A model generated the notes under the pieces. That model saw only the letters and a list, made by a program, of their open reading frames with translations, was not told the DNA's origin and ran no database searches. Below, piece by piece: positions 53,631 through 61,746 of a stretch of DNA of 64,000 bases; position 1 is the first letter of the stretch; every line of letters starts with the position of its first letter. The stretch comes from a virus. The stretch covers positions 1 through 64,000 of the IMG/VR virus record IMGVR_UViG_3300045988_166693, one strand, 5' to 3'. Position numbers and translations under genes: made by a program.

Positions 53631-53660
53631 ACGATATAATAATTATATCCTATTTTTTCT

Positions 53661-53894
53661 TTACAAACACCCGATAATAATACCTACCGCATCAGCTATA
53701 AGGCCTTTCTTGTCGAATGTGCCTTTCTTCATCAGTTTATCCCAAACAACTTCCTTCCCCACTCCGGCCAATGCGGCAACTAATACCGCTACCCACAGAG
53801 GAAGGATCAGGTTAAGGACAACTACCATCACATTGCTCGCAATGACGTGCTTTAGTCCGTCATGTCCGAAATAATTGAATACTTTGCTTATCAT
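53661..53894 (-). CDS. Small membrane protein (holin/antiholin-like)
   Basis: 77 aa with two or three hydrophobic helices. Confidence 0.5.
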   Translation of the reverse strand: MISKVFNYFGHDGLKHVIASNVMVVVLNLILPLWVAVLVAALAGVGKEVVWDKLMKKGTFDKKGLIADAVGIIIGCL

Positions 53895-54601
53895 GCTTCT
53901 ACTTTTTGAACAAATCCACCACTTACAAGGTCTGCAAGGTTATGAGTTACCTTGTTGCCTGTATTTCTGATACACTTATATACTACTCCGCTTTGGGTGT
54001 AATACTTGCCTTCTTCCAGTATCATTCCCTGCCACATCGGATTTAACTCTTCGTTGTAAGGTATCGGGTCTTCCAATGTTCCTTCGTGATCTTCTACTAC
54101 TTCAACCCATAAAGACGACTGGTTCCCCGGAGACCAGTTAGATTGCGTAGTGTGATCCTGCATTACTTCGTAAAGTTTCCCGTTGTACTTATACTTTTCT
54201 CCCTGTTTTACCTGCACGCTGTCTGCCGACCATTCGGGATAAAACTCTTTAACCGACAATGCTTCCTTGTTGGTAAGATTGAGTGTGCCGATAATCTCAT
54301 TAACCATAGCGACATCTTTTTTCAACCGTTCCAAATCTGAATACTTCGGCATTACTCCACTTTCAGCAGTCCAAATCTCATCTTCCTGCACTTCTTCGCC
54401 TGTTCGTTTCCATATCTGCACGAAGCATACATCATACTCCCTGTAAACACAAAACTCCGCATCGGACGGCTGTTCCACTTCGCAAACAGGTTTATATCCT
54501 TGTGCGATAATTTCCTCTTCGGTAAGCTTTCCGCCCACCTGCACTCCTTTTTCCACTTCAAGCGTCTGAAGTGTTCCTTCTGTAATTTTTCCGTACTTCA
54601 T
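53891..54601 (-). CDS. Carbohydrate-binding-like protein, paralog of 59706..60350
   Basis: Start trimmed to the Met at 54601. Shares EDPIPYN...GKYY.Q.G..YKC.RNTG and LT..EAL..K..YP.W blocks with 59706..60350. Confidence 0.55.
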   Translation of the reverse strand: MKYGKITEGTLQTLEVEKGVQVGGKLTEEEIIAQGYKPVCEVEQPSDAEFCVYREYDVCFVQIWKRTGEEVQEDEIWTAESGVMPKYSDLERLKKDVAMVNEIIGTLNLTNKEALSVKEFYPEWSADSVQVKQGEKYKYNGKLYEVMQDHTTQSNWSPGNQSSLWVEVVEDHEGTLEDPIPYNEELNPMWQGMILEEGKYYTQSGVVYKCIRNTGNKVTHNLADLVSGGFVQKVEA

Positions 54602-54638
54602 ATTATTAATGTTTTTAAATATTGCTATCAATTGTCCG

Positions 54639-56111
54639 TTATGCTCGCATATATGCAGGCTCGCGGAGCTGTAGGGGGAACCTCCTTTTCGGATAGTACC
54701 TTGTCGGCGGTTTGAATATGGAAGCATAGTCGTTCAGGTTTAGATATGATGTCTTGTTTGGTTTATACTTGTCTTTCAGCACACAGACGAACCTGCCGTT
54801 CTTGTTGCGGAAATACAGCCATTCGGAGAATGTTTCCAGAGCTTTCTTTGCTATGCGCTTTTTGATGTTGAAGGACGCTGTTCCTTTCATCAGACCGAAA
54901 TAGCTGTTTATGCTTTGCATGACGTGTACGGCGTTATCGTACGACGGCATCCGGCTGTATTCTTCTATCGCTGTATGGAGGGCATGTACTGTACGGTTGG
55001 ATATGTAAATACGGTTCAGCTTTACTACCTTTCCGCAGAACTTTACTCCGTGTAAGGCCGGCTGTATGTAGAATTTATCGGGATGGACTTTGAGTTTCAA
55101 CCGCTCGGCTACTTTGATGAATACTTTCCGGGCATGGATTATTTCGGATGCGGTTTCTGCCACCACGCATATATCATCTACAAACCGTGTGTATCTAACT
55201 CCGGTTTTTATCATTTCCGCATCGGCTTCGGCCATGACGAGGTTTGCCAACAATTGGGAATAGAAGTTTCCAATCGGGAGTCCTTTTTCGGGCGGGAGTC
55301 CGAAAAGGCTTTTGTTGGGCGGTACTTTATCCCACATTTTTATATCGGAACGTCGCTCGCAGTCTGTGGCCGGATTATGCTGTATCAGGGTGTGAAGCAG
55401 GAGGAGTTTTTCCTCCTTATCGGGCTTGTCGTAGTACATATCGGCGTATTTCCGCAAGATACGGTATGCTGTTTCCTTGTCTATCGACATAAAGAAGCCT
55501 GATATGTCCATTGTGGCTACGAAGGCTTTCTTTGTGTAGCCGTCCGTTATATCACGGATGTTCCGCTGTATCTGCTCGATGGCTGTAGATGCGGAATGTC
55601 CGATACGGTTGCCGTGGCTTACATCACCATTGGCTTCATGGACTTTCTCGCATATCTCTCCAAGCATCGGGGCAACGTAGTGGTGCACGATGCGGTCGGT
55701 GTAGTTTGCTGCGAAAACTTCTCTATACACAGGGTAGTCGAGGACAAAGCAGATGCTTGTCTGTGGCTGGTATCCGTTGTCTATCCTGTTTATCAATTCA
55801 TAAATACGCGACAGGTTGAAATGGAACGATGCTGCTTCGAGCGATGCGTGCTTGTTTTTGTAACAGTCGCTTTCGGCAGCTATCCAGGCGGACACTTTTT
55901 CTGATAAATCGGAGGCGGGCACCACACTATAGGTGTTGTTCGTGTTGTTGTTGTTCAAGTTGCCATTGCCCATGTTCACATACCAGGCATTGTTGCCATT
56001 GTTGCGGACACAGCTCCAGACGTTGCCGCCCAGGACTTCTGCCCTGTTAATCGAAATAGCTTGCTCACTGCAAGCACAGGGACCTTTATCATTAAACAGT
56101 TCTGCCGACAT
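54639..56111 (-). CDS. DGR reverse transcriptase (the ORF as drawn includes the TR at its 5' end)
   Basis: DRIVHHYV, ATMDISGFFMSI, LPIGNFYSQLLANL (the DGR-typical SQ motif) and RFVDDICVV catalytic box. There is no ATG between the TR and the RT domain. Confidence 0.9.
   Translation of the reverse strand: MSAELFNDKGPCACSEQAISINRAEVLGGNVWSCVRNNGNNAWYVNMGNGNLNNNNTNNTYSVVPASDLSEKVSAWIAAESDCYKNKHASLEAASFHFNLSRIYELINRIDNGYQPQTSICFVLDYPVYREVFAANYTDRIVHHYVAPMLGEICEKVHEANGDVSHGNRIGHSASTAIEQIQRNIRDITDGYTKKAFVATMDISGFFMSIDKETAYRILRKYADMYYDKPDKEEKLLLLHTLIQHNPATDCERRSDIKMWDKVPPNKSLFGLPPEKGLPIGNFYSQLLANLVMAEADAEMIKTGVRYTRFVDDICVVAETASEIIHARKVFIKVAERLKLKVHPDKFYIQPALHGVKFCGKVVKLNRIYISNRTVHALHTAIEEYSRMPSYDNAVHVMQSINSYFGLMKGTASFNIKKRIAKKALETFSEWLYFRNKNGRFVCVLKDKYKPNKTSYLNLNDYASIFKPPTRYYPKRRFPLQLREPAYMRA
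55910..56037 (-). repeat. DGR template repeat (TR)
   Basis: 128 nt homologous to 56554-56681. It is rich in AAC codons on the coding (minus) strand. Confidence 0.9.
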
Positions 56112-56114
56112 AGT

Positions 56115-56468
56115 TCAAGACTTTTCGGTTCTGACATTCTTTATCCTCGCAAGCGAAGATAAAATGTTATCGCACAAAACGTCTATTACAGACGCTTTCT
56201 CTTTGCTGCATCCTCCAAGAGCCACTATCAAGTATATCCCAAACTGCAATTCGTATGTCAGTTCTGTAGCTCTTTTATAATAGTCCATTCCGCGGACCTG
56301 ACGCATAGCGTAACTGAAAAGCAATGCGCCTTGCTTCAGCATTGGGTCTATATATGTTCTGCTTATGACCTTATAAGCTTTGCTGTTGATTTCTATGAGA
56401 CAATTATTCAGGCGTATAACGTCCTGAATAATTGGTGCATCCAAATGTTTCCTCCCGGATCTGTTCAT
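56115..56468 (-). CDS. avd: DGR accessory variability determinant (Avd-like)
   Basis: 117-aa helical ORF in the canonical position between the target gene and TR-RT. Confidence 0.7.
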   Translation of the reverse strand: MNRSGRKHLDAPIIQDVIRLNNCLIEINSKAYKVISRTYIDPMLKQGALLFSYAMRQVRGMDYYKRATELTYELQFGIYLIVALGGCSKEKASVIDVLCDNILSSLARIKNVRTEKS

Positions 56469-56518
56469 TTCTATTGTCGCGTATTAAATGTTAATATATT
56501 TTAATGCAAAAGTTGATG

Positions 56519-56537
56519 AGCCGTGCTCCGCACGGCT
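56519..56537 (-). other. GC-rich hairpin just 3' of the VR and target stop codon
   Basis: AGCCGTG(C)-TCC-(G)CACGGCT, 7-8 bp, 9 nt past the stop codon and 17 nt past the VR end. Confidence 0.6.
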
Positions 56538-56545
56538 GAGATAAA

Positions 56546-57964
56546 TCAAAAAGCGGAGGCGGGCACCACACTATAGGTGCTGCCCGTGCTGCTGCTGGTC
56601 AAGGTGCCACCGCCCATGCCCACACACCAGGCACTGCCGCCACCGTTGCGGACACAGCTCCAGACGTTGCCGCCCAGGACTGCAGGAACTCCCCATTTCT
56701 CATAACTGTTAAGATAGTTTATTAATCCTGAAATTATGCTTTTGTTTGTCCAGTATGGATATAATTCTTTCTCTCCGGCCATATATTTATTTTCAAGAGA
56801 TTTAATGTAATACACAGCATGAGAGTCCGCCATATTCCAGTCATAATTTGTACTGGAATTGCCGGGTCTGCTTATGTATGGGGTAATGATATACCAATAA
56901 CCGTCAACGGTAATTGCTTCTGCTCCTTTTGCTCCCGGAGAAAGAAGAGGTCGTTCGGCAGAATTTACTCCGGTGTCGTTCATGTTTACACCGTTTGTTT
57001 TCTGCTGTTCGTACAGCCATTCAGCATATTCAGGTTTGAAATAGTATGCGTTGTTTACCGAATGCCTGTTATTTGTATTGTACATTGCTTTCAAGCCTGT
57101 ATTCTGGCCGTTTACGAAGAAAAACATATCTTCGCCTGCCTGAGCCTGTGTACCTGACGAATTCAGGATTTCCAGATCGGTTATTGTGCCTTCTGCTTCA
57201 GAAGATGTTATGCCGCTACAGATAGCAAACCTGTGGCGAAGCCATTCATTCTGTACATACATGGCTTCAAGACGTTCGGCGTAATTATCCGCTATCATAG
57301 CATTTACATTGCCGCAATTCTTTTCCATTATCCAGCGTTGCCTGGTATTGCCGCTGTAAAGTTCAAGCTTATCGTCTTCAGTTACGGTTACGCTCCAGTC
57401 GGCTGCAAAGTGACTTCCTACGGTATGTGTGCCAAGGTTTTCATCTACTGTCCCATGATAGTCAGTACCTTCGCGTACGCCGGTCATCTGGTCGTATTCA
57501 TAAATTGAGTGTTGCATAGCGTTTGATGCTTTGTTTGTGGTACCGGATGTGGCGTAATATTCTCCCTTCCACGGCCAATAAAGAATGGCTCTGATACCGT
57601 TACATTCCAAAGAAAAACCTACAGGAGGAGCAATGAGTTCATTGTCAAAGCCATTTGCCATGCTTCGGTCGTTCCATTCTTTTACTGTGTAATGTTTCAG
57701 GTCTGCATCTACAATCTTGATATGGTCGTTTGTGGCTATCGCTGCAGTCTTTCCTTCACTCGTGGTGATAATGGTCGAACGTACCGGCAGTATCAGCATT
57801 TGCGATTCAAGGGCGTATTCATCCACTGTCGGAATGGCTGCTATTTTAGCCGGGTATTCGGAAAGGATTTCTCCGACATTTTCCACTCCTTTTGCCTCAA
57901 TAGCTGCCTTAATCGCAGCTTTACTGGCTAATATCTTGTTTAGTTTGTCTGCTGTTGTTCCCAT
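56546..57964 (-). CDS. DGR target protein (tail-fibre-associated, C-type-lectin-like variable C-terminus)
   Basis: 472 aa. C-terminus VLGGNVWSCVRNGGGSAWCVGMGGGTLTSSSTGSTYSVVPASAF is the VR counterpart of the TR-encoded VLGGNVWSCVRNNGNNAWYVNMGNGNLNNNNTNNTYSVVPAS. Confidence 0.85.
   Translation of the reverse strand: MGTTADKLNKILASKAAIKAAIEAKGVENVGEILSEYPAKIAAIPTVDEYALESQMLILPVRSTIITTSEGKTAAIATNDHIKIVDADLKHYTVKEWNDRSMANGFDNELIAPPVGFSLECNGIRAILYWPWKGEYYATSGTTNKASNAMQHSIYEYDQMTGVREGTDYHGTVDENLGTHTVGSHFAADWSVTVTEDDKLELYSGNTRQRWIMEKNCGNVNAMIADNYAERLEAMYVQNEWLRHRFAICSGITSSEAEGTITDLEILNSSGTQAQAGEDMFFFVNGQNTGLKAMYNTNNRHSVNNAYYFKPEYAEWLYEQQKTNGVNMNDTGVNSAERPLLSPGAKGAEAITVDGYWYIITPYISRPGNSSTNYDWNMADSHAVYYIKSLENKYMAGEKELYPYWTNKSIISGLINYLNSYEKWGVPAVLGGNVWSCVRNGGGSAWCVGMGGGTLTSSSTGSTYSVVPASAF
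56554..56681 (-). repeat. DGR variable repeat (VR)
   Basis: 18 mismatches to the TR, confined to 56580-56644, all at TR adenines on the coding strand. Confidence 0.9.
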
Positions 57965-58215
57965 TATATAACTTCTCCGTTTATATTGTCAAGGATTGAG
58001 TTGATATCTCCTATCTGGTCGATTGTCGCATACTTTTTATCTGCTTGTAAACCCGTGATAAAGCCGCTTACATCGGGAATATCACTGGGTTTGGCCAGCT
58101 GATCTGTCTGTATATATTTTTGCGTACCATTATCGGAAACATAAATTCGCTCCGTGCCTTTTATATCTTCCAGTTTAGTCTGTACCTGACTTAATTTTGT
58201 TCCTGTAATTGCCAT
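57964..58215 (-). CDS. Small tail-fibre-associated protein
   Basis: 83 aa. 1-nt start/stop overlap with the DGR target gene. Confidence 0.5.
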   Translation of the reverse strand: MAITGTKLSQVQTKLEDIKGTERIYVSDNGTQKYIQTDQLAKPSDIPDVSGFITGLQADKKYATIDQIGDINSILDNINGEVI

Positions 58216-58269
58216 AATATTATCCTATTTTATATATCTCCAATACTTTTCATATCCAGGCATGGATTT

Positions 58270-58476
58270 CTACAGCTCTGACTCCAGCCTAAAGTACGTG
58301 CCGTCCTCCATCAGAAATAGACTGCCATCCTCCATAAGAAGCGCGTCCGAAATCTGAGGGATATCTTCTCCTCCAGAATCTTCACACAAATTACATGTGC
58401 AAATGTCTTCAGGTATTCTTATTTCAGCAATGCGTATGGCTCCTATATCAGTTTGCGCCAAATGGATTCCTTTCAT
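58270..58476 (-). CDS. Hypothetical small protein
   Basis: 68-aa ORF with a 4-nt overlap with the upstream gene. Confidence 0.45.
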   Translation of the reverse strand: MKGIHLAQTDIGAIRIAEIRIPEDICTCNLCEDSGGEDIPQISDALLMEDGSLFLMEDGTYFRLESEL

Positions 58477-58754
58477 TGACCAGCCTCCCTTATAGTCGCC
58501 CTAACAGGCTTGTTTGTCACTGAAATCTTTATATTTTTGGGATATACTGCATGACAGAAATCAGCATCAATCACTTCTCCCCAGCTTGACTGCTGGTAGC
58601 ATTTCTTGTACCTTCCCTCGTTACTTCCACGCTGGTATAAGATAAAAGAACCAACCTCTTCCATTTCAATATGCAGATTATAATCTGCATTTACCTGAAC
58701 TTCCGCCGAAAACATATTTTCATCGGGATTGAACACTAATTGTTTTTCTTCCAT
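58473..58754 (-). CDS. Hypothetical protein
   Basis: Start trimmed to the Met at 58754 (MEEKQLVF...), because the longer ORF would run through promoter copy 6. Confidence 0.5.
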   Translation of the reverse strand: MEEKQLVFNPDENMFSAEVQVNADYNLHIEMEEVGSFILYQRGSNEGRYKKCYQQSSWGEVIDADFCHAVYPKNIKISVTNKPVRATIREAGQ

Positions 58755-58768
58755 ATCTTTTTTTATTG

Positions 58769-58811
58769 TAAAGATAAAGATTAACGGAACATATTTGAAG
58801 GACAAAAAAAA
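58769..58811 (-). promoter_or_regulatory. Conserved phage promoter copy 6 (T8-GTCCTTCA-N19-TATCTTTA)
   Basis: GTCCTTCA at 58796-58803, the -7-like box at 58769-58776 (minus strand), with a 19 nt spacer. Confidence 0.6.
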
Positions 58812-58835
58812 TAGCCCGGTCTCACAACCAGGCTA
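58804..58835 (-). terminator. rho-independent terminator fused to promoter copy 6 (sequence twin of 53599-53630)
   Basis: Minus-strand RNA UAGCCUGGUU-GUGA-GACCGGGCUA followed by U8. Confidence 0.7.
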
Positions 58836-58879
58836 GCCTATGGATATTATAAACAAATTGAAGTATTGATCATCCTTTG

Positions 58880-58909
58880 AAAAAAGAAGGAGACGATTTC
58901 TCGTCTCCT
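58880..58909 (-). terminator. rho-independent terminator in an ORF-free region
   Basis: Minus-strand RNA AGGAGACGA-GAAA-UCGUCUCCU followed by UCUUUUUUC. Confidence 0.65.
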
Positions 58910-59225
58910 CCCCACATTCTATCACTCATTGAGCACTACCTCATTATAGAATGTCGTTTAATTCTCACTCTTCGGAATAGATCGCGTTCTCGGTTTACAC
59001 GTGCGAAATGTTTTCGATGCAAAGGTATAGAAAAGATTATTTGCAGCAAACATTTCTGCGGATATTTGTTTGAATTATGTTAGTTTTAACTTATTTTTAA
59101 CCTATTATTATCCATTTTCGCCATCCGGCGACAAAAAAGGCGGTTTTTTAAGCCCGCCCATGATCTGATCATTCGTCTTTGAGGTAGTCCAACGTATTTT
59201 ATTTATATCTAATCGAAAATATAAT

Positions 59226-59251
59226 AAAAAACCTGCCATTTTAAGGCAGGT
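59226..59251 (-). terminator. rho-independent terminator after 59279..59692
   Basis: Minus-strand RNA ACCUGCC-UUAAAAU-GGCAGGU followed by UUUUUU. Confidence 0.65.
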
Positions 59252-59278
59252 TAATTAAATAGAGATAAAAAGTATCTG

Positions 59279-59692
59279 TTAATCAAGCATGATTTTCAGA
59301 AGATCCAGTTTGGACATAGGCCACTTGTTTTCCTTTGCCAGTTGGATTGCTCCTTCATCGGAAATCTTTTCAAGAGTTACTTCTACTTCCTTTTCAAGTT
59401 CCGGTTCACAGGCTGCATCTACTTTCTTCTGGTATGGCGCAAAGAAATTGTTAAGTTCTTCCTTTTCACTCTCCGGAAGTTCATTCCACTTGCGGGCCTT
59501 TTCCTGCATTTCGTCAAAGTTCTTAGGCTTGAACTTTTCCTGTGCATCCTTCAGAAGTGCATCATAGGCTTCCACATGCTTGCGCATTTCCTTCCGGTTC
59601 TTAATAATACTGACTGCATCTTTGTCGTTTACACTTGTGATCACTGCATCATCCAGCATTTTGTATGCTATAACTACTGTTTTAAGTTTCAT
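59279..59692 (-). CDS. Hypothetical helical protein
   Basis: 137-aa K/E-rich ORF within the fibre cluster. Confidence 0.5.
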   Translation of the reverse strand: MKLKTVVIAYKMLDDAVITSVNDKDAVSIIKNRKEMRKHVEAYDALLKDAQEKFKPKNFDEMQEKARKWNELPESEKEELNNFFAPYQKKVDAACEPELEKEVEVTLEKISDEGAIQLAKENKWPMSKLDLLKIMLD

Positions 59693-59705
59693 AGAGATAT
59701 AATTT

Positions 59706-60350
59706 TTAGTTTGCTACTTCTACATAAATTCCTACAAGTCCGGACAAGTCCTGATATACGGCCTGTCCGGTGTTTCTGGTACATTTGTACGTGATACCAT
59801 TCTGGGAGTAATACTTTCCTTCAAATAACTCCATGTTGTTATTGTACGGAATAGGATCTTCTTTTGTCCCGGCATTGGTTTCGTTGATTTCTTCGTACAA
59901 TGCTGCCGTATCAACGCTAGGCGGTTGGTTTTCCAGTACATTTTCAATAGTCTGTTTCACTTTATAAAGCCTGTCCTGATAAAGCACCTTGTAATCTTTT
60001 TCAAGTTTCTGACTGATGAAATTTTCCCAGGCTGGGTACAGGTTCTTAAACTGCAATGCCTGTTCGTCCGTAAGGTTCATGGCGTTGATCTGTGAAGCAA
60101 ACAGACCGATCATCTGATTTACCTGTTCTTCCGGATAGACTACCTGACCCCTTGCAGCTTTCTTTGCCTTGAAGATACGTTCCGCATCTTCTTTGGTGAT
60201 TTCAGTCCATTCATCGTTACTTTCATCCAAAGGGATATATACCTGTTTCGCTACTACCCGATCTTCATCTTTTGTTGCGGAAGATTGCGTAAGAAACTTC
60301 CCATACATCGGGGATATCCACTTTCCTTCTTGTTCTGTTCTTATTTCCAT
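59706..60350 (-). CDS. Carbohydrate-binding-like protein, paralog of 53891..54601
   Basis: Shared C-terminal blocks (EDPIPYNNNMELFEGKYYSQNGITYKCTRNTGQ). Confidence 0.55.
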   Translation of the reverse strand: MEIRTEQEGKWISPMYGKFLTQSSATKDEDRVVAKQVYIPLDESNDEWTEITKEDAERIFKAKKAARGQVVYPEEQVNQMIGLFASQINAMNLTDEQALQFKNLYPAWENFISQKLEKDYKVLYQDRLYKVKQTIENVLENQPPSVDTAALYEEINETNAGTKEDPIPYNNNMELFEGKYYSQNGITYKCTRNTGQAVYQDLSGLVGIYVEVAN

Positions 60351-60352
60351 AA

Positions 60353-61516
60353 TTAAAAATCTGTTTTTCTTATTGTAACTTCAAGTCTTGATAATTCTAT
60401 ATAACTGGAATTCCACCATATAACGACAGCTTTAGTTACACTTTCGTCTATGTCGTTTGTGGTAAAATCGAAGCTGTCTACTATCGGATAATACCTGATT
60501 TCACCGGCTGCTACCGTTAATTCTCCAGCAGGGCCAGTTTCGTACCACGGCTGCTCATACTTATAATTGACATTGCCCGACTTGTATCTGTACACTGCAA
60601 TCTTACTACCAGCTTCCAGCGTACCTCCTGAAAATCCAACGGCTGTAATACCAAACGTAATGTTGTACAGGCGCAATCTCTTAATATCGGAATTGCTTTG
60701 CAGAACCTCACCACGCGGAGTAACAAAGTCGTATGGCTTGGTAGAAAATACTTTAACTTTATACAAGGTTGTTGTATCTTCCGTTGCCTTCATGTTTCTG
60801 TACCTTCCTTTTACATCTTTTGCCATCAGGTGCATACATACGGTATCTTTAGGAGACATTCCGATAAACTCCAGATCTTCCGCGCTTATCTCCAGCATTG
60901 TCTGATGTTTGGGCTGAAACTCTACCAGTTTGTAATATCCAGTTTTACCTTGCACCCAAATTCGGAATACTAGAGTAACACCACCTGTCACATCGTATAT
61001 GTCGTTAAGAGTAAGTTCAGTTTCTCTCTTTTCCGGCATATATATCGGCACTCTCAAACTTTGTCCTATTACAACATATTCCGGCACTACCAATGTGATC
61101 ATATCACTTGTCGCTTTTGCATCATACCCGGCAAAGTCCCCTAACCGGTAAGGTGCATTTTGGCCACCCGGAACTGGTATATAAGACCATGGAACGTCAT
61201 TTGGAGAATTGTTTTCCAAATTATCAATAATAGGAATGTTTATATTACATGTTCCATTCTTTCCGATCCACCATTTATCTTTGATAGTAACCAGTTGACC
61301 GTCCCAGGAATCAACGACAAATGCTCCGGGGTTATCTCTCGTAAAGTTTACAGCACCAATATCAGAAGGCTTATATTTTGCAAACATATTAATGTTTGCT
61401 CCGCTTTGAAATGCTGTAATAGCATTGTTGTTTACAACACCACCATTGGCATTAAGTGTATCTCTCACATCATCCCATTTCAGGTTTTCGGTTGGTAAAA
61501 TATCGTAAACTGCCAT
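60353..61516 (-). CDS. Tail fibre/baseplate-associated protein
   Basis: 387-aa ORF directly downstream of the fibre genes. Confidence 0.5.
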   Translation of the reverse strand: MAVYDILPTENLKWDDVRDTLNANGGVVNNNAITAFQSGANINMFAKYKPSDIGAVNFTRDNPGAFVVDSWDGQLVTIKDKWWIGKNGTCNINIPIIDNLENNSPNDVPWSYIPVPGGQNAPYRLGDFAGYDAKATSDMITLVVPEYVVIGQSLRVPIYMPEKRETELTLNDIYDVTGGVTLVFRIWVQGKTGYYKLVEFQPKHQTMLEISAEDLEFIGMSPKDTVCMHLMAKDVKGRYRNMKATEDTTTLYKVKVFSTKPYDFVTPRGEVLQSNSDIKRLRLYNITFGITAVGFSGGTLEAGSKIAVYRYKSGNVNYKYEQPWYETGPAGELTVAAGEIRYYPIVDSFDFTTNDIDESVTKAVVIWWNSSYIELSRLEVTIRKTDF

Positions 61517-61518
61517 AG

Positions 61519-61746
61519 TTATTCCTCCTTACTATTAAATTTGCATGTAGCGTCTTTATACACTACAAGATTCCCTTCTACGTCAAGAGATCCCTTTACA
61601 GTAACATGACCTTTGACAAGTAAATCTCCTTCAATAACTCCTTTTTCCGGGATCAATACTTGTTTCTCCACTACTTTTGTTACAATCTTCTCGGTCGGAA
61701 TGTCTAACTTAAACACTCTGATCATCCAAAGTACGAACTTCTTCAT
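61519..61746 (-). CDS. Small protein with beta-helix-like repeats
   Basis: 75 aa. GDLLVKGHVTVKGSLDVEGNLVV. Overlaps the 3' end of the fibre gene. Confidence 0.45.
   Translation of the reverse strand: MKKFVLWMIRVFKLDIPTEKIVTKVVEKQVLIPEKGVIEGDLLVKGHVTVKGSLDVEGNLVVYKDATCKFNSKEE

Noticed and set aside
58877-59083. 68-aa plus-strand ORF in the ORF-free gap
   Set aside because: It starts inside a minus-strand terminator hairpin, has no promoter box, and its sequence is unremarkable.
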